Of a DNA stretch of 64,000 nucleotides, positions 57,880-64,000 are shown piece by piece (position 1 is the stretch's first letter; the number at the start of each line of letters is the position of its first letter). The DNA lies in contig CAWFCO010000005.1 of assembly GCA_963814335.1 (NCBI GenBank), positions 848,492-912,491 on the forward strand, in the 5' to 3' direction. The DNA comes from an uncultured Acidobacteriaceae bacterium. GTDB taxonomy: Bacteria > Acidobacteriota > Terriglobia > Terriglobales > Acidobacteriaceae. Below the pieces are notes generated by a model. The model was not told the origin of the DNA. It searched no databases and worked only from the letters and a program-made list of their open reading frames with translations. The position numbers and the translations under genes are program-made.

Positions 57880-59298
57880 ATGAAGATCCGTGGATTTCAA
57901 TGGGCGATTGCATTGGGTTGTGCATTCTTTTTCGTCGGCGTGATGGCGCATGCGCAGACCTCCGTGCCCATGAAACCGCACACGCTGGTTTATGCAAAGG
58001 GCAAGTCAATCACTCTGAATCTGCCCGCGCCATTTGACATTGACATTGCAGCAAGCGGATTGAGGCGCGTGCGGTTTTTCGCTAAGTCGCCGGACGGGCG
58101 CATCTTTGCCACCGGCATGTACGACCTTTCGGACAACACACGCGGATCGGTCTATATCCTCGACGGATGGGACGAAAGGACGCACCGCTTCACCAGGATT
58201 ACGCACTACCTCGACCATCTTCGCAATCCGAACAATCTGGCCTTCTGGACCGACCCAAAGAGCGGGCAAGTGTGGCTCTACCTGCCTTTGACGGACAAGC
58301 TGGTGCGCTATCGCTATAAAGCGGGTGATAACGCCCCGACATCTGCGCCGGAGACACTTGTTCGCTTTCCCGACTACGGACTGCACTACAAATACGGCGG
58401 CTGGCACCTTACACGCACCGTGGAGATTGTGGAGCGCGATGGTCATGCACGCGTTTACGTTTCTGCGGGCTCTTCTTGTAATTACTGCCAGGAGTATGAA
58501 GTGCTGCGCGCGGCTGTGGTGGCCATGGATCCGGATGGAAGCCACCAGATATTGATCGCACAGGGACTGCGGAATGCTGTTGACTTGCGCTACGTGCCAG
58601 AGCTGGATGGCGGTGCACTGATGGCAACCAATATGGGCGATGACCATCTAGGCGCAAAGTTGCCGGAAGACACATTCTTCGAAATAGCGACCACTGGCGA
58701 TCTACCTCGAAATTACGGATGGCCAACTTGTTATTTTGCACACGGCAAGCCTGTGCATGACGCGACTCCGCTGCCGGATTTGAAAGATGCGGGCAAACTG
58801 ACCAACGGTCCTGAAGAAACGGAAGAGCGCGATTCAGTGTATGGAAAACAAAGAGGCGTGGCGGTAGCGGGAACAAACCTGGCTGCCGGCGGAGGACATG
58901 AAGAGGTTGACCCGAACGCTGCGCTGGGCAAGATCCCTGCGCCACTGCACTCGTGCGAACGTGTTCCGCCTGCATACACCACGTTCGCCGCGCATAGTTC
59001 TCCGCTCGGTTTCCAATACTTTCCCAAAAGCGATGCCGAACTCGGAGGCAGCTTCCTCGTAGCTTTGCACGGCGCAAGCCACCCCAGCATTGGAACCGGC
59101 TATCGTGTTGCGCGCTTTACGCCGCAAGACCGAGAGCCGCGGCCGTTCATCACCGGATTTCTGACGCGAACGGCTGGTCGCTCGAGAGTGCACGGACGAC
59201 CATGTGGAATTCTGCGCGTGGGTGCAGACACTTTTCTGATTTCAGATGACTATCTGGGGCTTGTCTATTCCGTGCACCCTCATGCACCTGTACGCTAA
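57880..59298 (+). CDS. PQQ-dependent/soluble sugar (sorbosone) dehydrogenase-like beta-propeller protein, exported
   Basis: Signal peptide; GLRNAV, NYGWPTCY, AHSSPLG, LVALHG, GRPCGI, ISDD. Confidence 0.8.
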   Translation: MKIRGFQWAIALGCAFFFVGVMAHAQTSVPMKPHTLVYAKGKSITLNLPAPFDIDIAASGLRRVRFFAKSPDGRIFATGMYDLSDNTRGSVYILDGWDERTHRFTRITHYLDHLRNPNNLAFWTDPKSGQVWLYLPLTDKLVRYRYKAGDNAPTSAPETLVRFPDYGLHYKYGGWHLTRTVEIVERDGHARVYVSAGSSCNYCQEYEVLRAAVVAMDPDGSHQILIAQGLRNAVDLRYVPELDGGALMATNMGDDHLGAKLPEDTFFEIATTGDLPRNYGWPTCYFAHGKPVHDATPLPDLKDAGKLTNGPEETEERDSVYGKQRGVAVAGTNLAAGGGHEEVDPNAALGKIPAPLHSCERVPPAYTTFAAHSSPLGFQYFPKSDAELGGSFLVALHGASHPSIGTGYRVARFTPQDREPRPFITGFLTRTAGRSRVHGRPCGILRVGADTFLISDDYLGLVYSVHPHAPVR

Positions 59299-61812
59299 TC
59301 ACTCGTAATGCAGGGCGCGTGCCACATTCAACTTCATGGCCTTGCGCGCCGGCAGAATTCCGGAGAGTAAGACCACAGTGATCAGGACGGAGATACCAAC
59401 GACATATCCCGCCAGGTCTAGATTGCTCACACCGAAGAGAACAATCCGCAGAAACTGTGACGCGAAGAGGGCCAGACCTGTACCCACGATGAATCCCGAG
59501 GCAATGGGCCACGTGAACTGGCGAAGCAGAGACGTATAAAGATTTGTCCTGGGCGAGCCAAGCGCAAGGCGGATAGCTATCTCCTTGGTGCGCTGCGAGA
59601 CGCTGAATGAGACGACGCCAAGAATTCCGACGCCTGCGAGCAAAACGGCGACGAAGCCGATCAGGCTGACGACTCCCGCAATGAGCTCAATTTGCGTGGT
59701 GATCTCTCGGTAGAGCTGTTTGAGCGGGTGCATCTCCGGAAACAGCTTGGGATCCAAGCTCTCACTAATGGATCGAGCAGCGGTGAGCACCGCCGTCGGC
59801 TGACCCTGCGTGCGCGCAATCACGGCCATACCGGGCATGTTGTCCGGCTGCGCGGAGTAATATGCTTCGAGCGCGTCGTCGTTGTTGAGCGCGTTCACAT
59901 GCGCGTCGCCAACCACGCCAATCACAACGACTTTGGAGTCATCACCGGGCATCGTCTGACCAATGGGATTCTGATTGGGCCACGCAAGGCGCGCGAAAGT
60001 TTTGCTCACCACCGCGACGCTCTTTTCGCCGGGCGAAAAAATACGCCCCGTCAGGACTGGAATCTGCATCGCATCAAAATACCCGGGGGAAACCCAGTTG
60101 GGAAAGACAGCGACCTTTCGCCCGTTCAGTTCGCGGTCTTCGCGAGAGACGATGTGCCCCATGGGTGGCAGCCTGACTAATCCAACCGCGTGCATGCCGG
60201 GCAATTGGCGAAGTCTCTGCTGCATCTGGTCGAGGTAGGCCTTCGCGGCCGACTCTGAGTAGCCATGTTGACCGAGCTGAGGGTCGATGGAAACCGTGCT
60301 TTCGTAGCCGAAGCCAGGCTCGTTGAAAAGCATGTGCTGCGCAGCCCGAACGAGCAGACCGGAGACAATCAGCAGAACGCAGCTTGCCGCAACCTGCGCA
60401 GCAAGCAGAATCTGGCGAATCAACGTGCCACGCTGGCGTTGGCGGGCGATTTGCAATGCCGGCGCGAAGCCGAAAAATAGCACTGCCAACACCATAAGGC
60501 CTGCAGTAAACAGAAGTACACGGAGATCGGGAATGGGACTTAGCCAGCCCGGCGCTTCAAATGAAGACAGTGCAATGCGGAGCACCACATAACTGAGCGC
60601 GACACCGGCAACGGATCCAAGCGCGGCTAGCATGAAACTTTCCGTGCAGAGCTGGCGGAAGATGCGAATGCGGCTGGCCCCAATGGCAACACGAATGCCG
60701 ATTTCGTGCTCGCGTGAGATGCCACGCGCAAGCAAAAGTCCGCCCACGTTGGCGCAGGCAACCGCAAGGATGAGCAGCGTGAGAATGCCCACCATCACCG
60801 CAACACGGAGCATTTCCGGCTGCATGATCTGCAGATGGCCGCCCGGAGAGATCTGAAGATATTCGTTCTTCCAAACGGCATTTGGATGAATGCGCCGAAT
60901 CTCATTGGTCAGCGTGCGCATTTCCTGTTCCGCTTCGTCCTTCGTGACACCAGGCGCCAACCTTCCCCACATGCGCACGGTTGAGCTGTCCCAGTCAGTG
61001 AGAGCATTGCTTCCATCGATAAAGTACGGTTGCTGCGCTATAGGCATCCAGAGGTCGGGATGCTGGCCGCCGAGGCTGGCGAACGTGTAGGGCGTGACGC
61101 CAACGATCGTTGCCGGTTTGCGGTTGATGAGAATCACTCTGCCAATCACTGAGGGATCACCGTTGAAGCGATGCTCCCAGAGGTTGTAGCTGAGAATGAC
61201 GACAGGCGATGAGGCGCTTGAACCATCGAGTGCGGGTGTGAAGAGCCGTCCATAGAGTGCGGGCGTGCCCAGTTCCGTGAAGTAGTTAGGTGTAACGAAG
61301 GTGGCGCTCGTCGGCTTGATATCCTCATCAATCTGCATGGGCGGCACGCCGAAAACGGCCATGGCTGCAGAGAGTGTGCGCGTGTGGTCGCGATAGAAAA
61401 CGAAGGATGGATAGGCCATTTCGCTGGTATATGCGTTCGGCGAGCGGCGCTCCAGGCGGATCAGAGTAGCGGGGTCACGCACAGGCAGCGGCTTGAGCGC
61501 CACCATATTGAAAAAGCTGAACGCCGCAATATTCACACCAATTCCGATGGCCAGCACCAGCACAATCATGAACGTGAAGCCAGGCTTGCGCACAAGGATG
61601 CGCGTACCGAAGCGAAAGTCCTGTACCAGGCGGTCCAGCCAGGTCCATCCCCAGGCCTCACGCGCCTGTTCGCGCATGCGGAGCGTGTTGCCGAAGTTGT
61701 TGTTGCCGGCACGCGCCGCCATTTCGCGGTGGAACTCCATGTCGGCCTCAAGCTCCTCGTCGAGCCGGCGGCGATGGAAAAGGTAGTAAATGCGGCGACC
61801 GAGCTCTCCCAT
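59299..61812 (-). CDS. Acidobacterial duplicated orphan permease (ADOP; MacB/FtsX-type, no ATPase adjacent)
   Basis: RLDEELEADMEFH leader; two MacB-periplasmic/FtsX halves; REHEIGIRVAIGA and RTKEIAIRLALG. Confidence 0.92.
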   Translation of the reverse strand: MGELGRRIYYLFHRRRLDEELEADMEFHREMAARAGNNNFGNTLRMREQAREAWGWTWLDRLVQDFRFGTRILVRKPGFTFMIVLVLAIGIGVNIAAFSFFNMVALKPLPVRDPATLIRLERRSPNAYTSEMAYPSFVFYRDHTRTLSAAMAVFGVPPMQIDEDIKPTSATFVTPNYFTELGTPALYGRLFTPALDGSSASSPVVILSYNLWEHRFNGDPSVIGRVILINRKPATIVGVTPYTFASLGGQHPDLWMPIAQQPYFIDGSNALTDWDSSTVRMWGRLAPGVTKDEAEQEMRTLTNEIRRIHPNAVWKNEYLQISPGGHLQIMQPEMLRVAVMVGILTLLILAVACANVGGLLLARGISREHEIGIRVAIGASRIRIFRQLCTESFMLAALGSVAGVALSYVVLRIALSSFEAPGWLSPIPDLRVLLFTAGLMVLAVLFFGFAPALQIARQRQRGTLIRQILLAAQVAASCVLLIVSGLLVRAAQHMLFNEPGFGYESTVSIDPQLGQHGYSESAAKAYLDQMQQRLRQLPGMHAVGLVRLPPMGHIVSREDRELNGRKVAVFPNWVSPGYFDAMQIPVLTGRIFSPGEKSVAVVSKTFARLAWPNQNPIGQTMPGDDSKVVVIGVVGDAHVNALNNDDALEAYYSAQPDNMPGMAVIARTQGQPTAVLTAARSISESLDPKLFPEMHPLKQLYREITTQIELIAGVVSLIGFVAVLLAGVGILGVVSFSVSQRTKEIAIRLALGSPRTNLYTSLLRQFTWPIASGFIVGTGLALFASQFLRIVLFGVSNLDLAGYVVGISVLITVVLLSGILPARKAMKLNVARALHYE

Positions 61813-61820
61813 GATTTCTC

Positions 61821-62156
61821 CTATGCTGTGCGCAAAATGTTCTGGATGGCCTGCGAAACGCGGTCGTATCCGGCGAGCTCGGCTTTGAGCTGGGTGCGTC
61901 CCGCTGGCGTGAGCTGGTAAAAGCGCACCTTGCGGTTGGTCTCGGAGATCCCCCACTCAGAGGTGACCCACCCCTTCAGCAGCATCTTCTGCAGCGTTGG
62001 ATAAAGGAGACCTTCTTCCACGGCGAGCACTTCGCTGGAAAGAAGGTGAATCCGCTGCGCAATCGCGTAGCCGTGCAGTGAGCTTGACTGCAGAACGCGA
62101 AGAATGAGCATGGGAAGGGCGCCCGGAGGCATGCCGTCCTTAGGCCTAATAGACAT
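61821..62156 (-). CDS. PadR family transcriptional regulator (acidobacterial type)
   Basis: LILRVL, LHGYAIAQRI, VEEGLLYPTL, NRKVRFYQLT..G; directly upstream of ADOP. Confidence 0.93.
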   Translation of the reverse strand: MSIRPKDGMPPGALPMLILRVLQSSSLHGYAIAQRIHLLSSEVLAVEEGLLYPTLQKMLLKGWVTSEWGISETNRKVRFYQLTPAGRTQLKAELAGYDRVSQAIQNILRTA

Positions 62157-62191
62157 AGGCATAACTTACTTATGCCTTGTAGGAATGTCAA
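62145..62191 (-). promoter_or_regulatory. padR promoter TTGACA-N17-TAAGTT with two CCTA-N7-TA(G/A)G operators
   Basis: -35 at 62191-62186, -10 at 62168-62163; operators at 62169-62183 and 62145-62159. Confidence 0.75.
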
Positions 62192-62255
62192 TACACTTCT
62201 TTGCGAACGCTGCTTGAGAACAAGAATTTTATGATTGCCCGCTCACCGAATTTAT

Positions 62256-62274
62256 GTGTTACAGTCAGTAACAC
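62256..62274 (+). promoter_or_regulatory. Operator palindrome GTGTTAC-N5-GTAACAC of second blaI-family gene
   Basis: Perfect 7-bp inverted repeat over the TGnTACAGT extended -10, ending 1 nt before ATG 62276. Confidence 0.7.
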
Positions 62275-62275
62275 T

Positions 62276-62710
62276 ATGGCGAGTAACAGAGAAATCCACC
62301 ACGATCCAGCGGAGCTCGGCGAGCTCGAGCGGGAAGTCCTTTCGGTTGTCTGGCGTTTAAGCTCGGTCACGGCCGAGCAGGTTCGCGAGGAGTTGAATCG
62401 TCCGCTGAAAGACTCGACAGTGCGCACTGTGCTCCGGCGCCTGGAGGAAAAGGGCTACCTTGGCCACGTTGTGGATGAGCGCACTTTTATTTATCAGCCG
62501 GCGCAGACGCGGCAGCGCGTTGCGGGGCGCGCAGTTAAGCGGATAGTTGACTGGTTTTGTGAGGGGTCGGTGGAGGAGTTGCTGGCAGGAATGGTGGACT
62601 CCAAGGTTCTGAGCCAGGATGAATTGCAAAGACTGGCCGAACGGATTGCGTTTGTGCAGAAAAATGAAGCCAAAAATGAAGACAAGCCGAGGAAGGGGGG
62701 ACGGTCGTGA
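62276..62710 (+). CDS. Second BlaI/MecI/CopY family repressor
   Basis: LGELEREVLSVVW, LKDSTVRTVLRRLEEKGYL, FCEGSVEELL. Confidence 0.93.
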   Translation: MASNREIHHDPAELGELEREVLSVVWRLSSVTAEQVREELNRPLKDSTVRTVLRRLEEKGYLGHVVDERTFIYQPAQTRQRVAGRAVKRIVDWFCEGSVEELLAGMVDSKVLSQDELQRLAERIAFVQKNEAKNEDKPRKGGRS

Positions 62711-64000
62711 GCGCACCCATGATCGAATCGGGACTTCGTGCACTTGTTTTTGCTCTGGTGGTGTGGGCCGGGTTGCGTGCGTTTGGCGTCAAGAACGTGG
62801 TCGCCTTAAAGGCCGCGTGGGGCGCCGTGCTATGCGCCGCGCTGGCCATGCCTTTGCTTATGTCCGCTGCGGAACACTGGAACTGGATGCCCGCACATCT
62901 TGCCGTAGTTGTGCCGGAGCAGGTTACGCAGTGGTCGCAAACCCTATGGGCGGACGTGCGGCATGCTGCAAACACAGAAAAACGCACGGAACAGGAGGCT
63001 GTGCAGCCTGCCGCGAAGATGAGCGATGCCGAGCTCGCGGAATTCAATGCGCAGATGGCTTCGGCCAATGAGTCGCTCTCAAAGAGCACATACAAAGGCC
63101 CTTCCAAAGAAAGCCGCTACCTCGTTGATGGAGACGCGGGGGCAGTTATCAACGCTGGAGCGCAGACGACGTTCCCGGTTAAACCCAGCGCAGGGATCAG
63201 TGCCGCACCGGCGGGGGTGGCCAAAGATCATGGATTCAGCCTTCCAAAGCTGACCGCGGTAAACGTGGCGTGGATGCTGTATGCGGCTGTTGCGCTGGCC
63301 ATGCTGTTGAGACTGATGTACGGCATTGCGGTTGCAATGAGACTTCGCCTGATGGCAAAGCCGGTGGAGTTGAAGGTCGCGCGTGACCTGAGTCTGGGAC
63401 TCGATTTGCGCACGAGTGGCGATGTGGCATCGCCGGTAACGATTGGGAACACCGTAATCCTGCCCGAGGATTTCCTGTCATGGAGCGAAGAAAAGCTGCG
63501 GATAGTGCTGGCGCATGAACGCTCGCACATCCGGCAGAAGGATTTTTATCTGCAACTGGCAGCAGGGGCTTATGCCGCATTGTTCTGGCTGAGTCCGCTG
63601 GGCTGGTGGCTTAAACGAAAGCTGTCTGATCTGGCAGAGGCGATCAGCGACAAGGCGGGCCTGGAAGAGGCCGCCAGCCGCGCGTCGTATGCGCAGGTCC
63701 TGCTTGAATTCGCGGCGCAACCGCGCCCCACTCGACTAGGAGTTGCTATGGCAAGTAAAGGAAATCTCTCCCGCCGCATGGAGCGGCTTTTGAACGAAAC
63801 CACATTCAGACAGGCATACAGCGGTGCGCGCTCCCGTGCGCTGGCCGCGCTTGTGCTGGTTCCACTGGCACTTGTTGCTGCATTGGCAACAGTCCATGTG
63901 CGCGCCGCTGCGCTGATGCAGGAGCCCGCACCGCCGGCGCCACCTGCAGTTGTGGCTCCGGACCCGGCTGCTCCGCCGGCTCCTTCTGTAACGGCACCGG
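62707..64000 (+). CDS. Second peptidase M56 (BlaR1-like) membrane protein, truncated by window end
   Basis: Manual translation from GTG 62707 (GTGA overlap with the blaI stop) is open to the window end; HERSH zinc motif, FWLSPLGWW; Pro-rich linker at the edge. Confidence 0.9.
   Translation, partial: MSAPMIESGLRALVFALVVWAGLRAFGVKNVVALKAAWGAVLCAALAMPLLMSAAEHWNWMPAHLAVVVPEQVTQWSQTLWADVRHAANTEKRTEQEAVQPAAKMSDAELAEFNAQMASANESLSKSTYKGPSKESRYLVDGDAGAVINAGAQTTFPVKPSAGISAAPAGVAKDHGFSLPKLTAVNVAWMLYAAVALAMLLRLMYGIAVAMRLRLMAKPVELKVARDLSLGLDLRTSGDVASPVTIGNTVILPEDFLSWSEEKLRIVLAHERSHIRQKDFYLQLAAGAYAALFWLSPLGWWLKRKLSDLAEAISDKAGLEEAASRASYAQVLLEFAAQPRPTRLGVAMASKGNLSRRMERLLNETTFRQAYSGARSRALAALVLVPLALVAALATVHVRAAALMQEPAPPAPPAVVAPDPAAPPAPSVTAP

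Noticed and set aside
62619-63071. Apparent fragmentation of the second M56 gene in the ORF track
   Set aside because: Manual translation from GTG 62707 is uninterrupted to the window end; it is missing from the track only because it has no stop codon.

Overview
GC-rich bacterial chromosomal segment. Gene content (PadR + duplicated-domain orphan permease, TolB-repeat Ser/Thr kinase, two BlaI/M56 pairs, carboxypeptidase-regulatory-domain TonB-dependent receptor) points to Acidobacteriota, most likely Terriglobia/Acidobacteriaceae (inference). Housekeeping genes: partial DAHP synthase, hrcA-grpE-dnaJ (no dnaK), rho with an upstream omega-like gene, yifB/comM, sdaA, rsmE, efp, an IHF/HU subunit, a SurA-like PPIase, an S41 protease, pgeF, tRNA-Ala(CGC) and tRNA-Val(CAC). 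Accessory genes: GH127, GH39-like and GH3 hydrolases, a sugar-acid/L-sugar catabolic cluster, a desaturase-csp-glpF-osmC block, a nucleoside-permease/TonB-receptor pair and an ECF sigma/anti-sigma/DUF3106 operon. I saw no integrase, transposase, rRNA or CRISPR array. Most notable observations: (1) an 867-bp insert bounded by a near-identical 86-bp duplication of the sdaA 5' end, which places a membrane-protein gene inside the sdaA transcription unit; (2) a stand-alone 24-aa Lys/Ala microprotein gene with its own promoter, structured leader, RBS and terminator, absent from the ORF track; (3) a multi-helix leader ahead of the TonB receptor; (4) readable regulatory signals (two CRP-type sites at -41.5, a sigma28 promoter, three repressor operators, many leaderless starts); (5) a probable c-di-GMP receptor and an EF-P with Asn at the modifiable loop tip. 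Three genes carry single-base frameshifts, mostly in short homopolymers, which may be assembly errors. All family assignments come from motif recognition by eye; no database searches were run.
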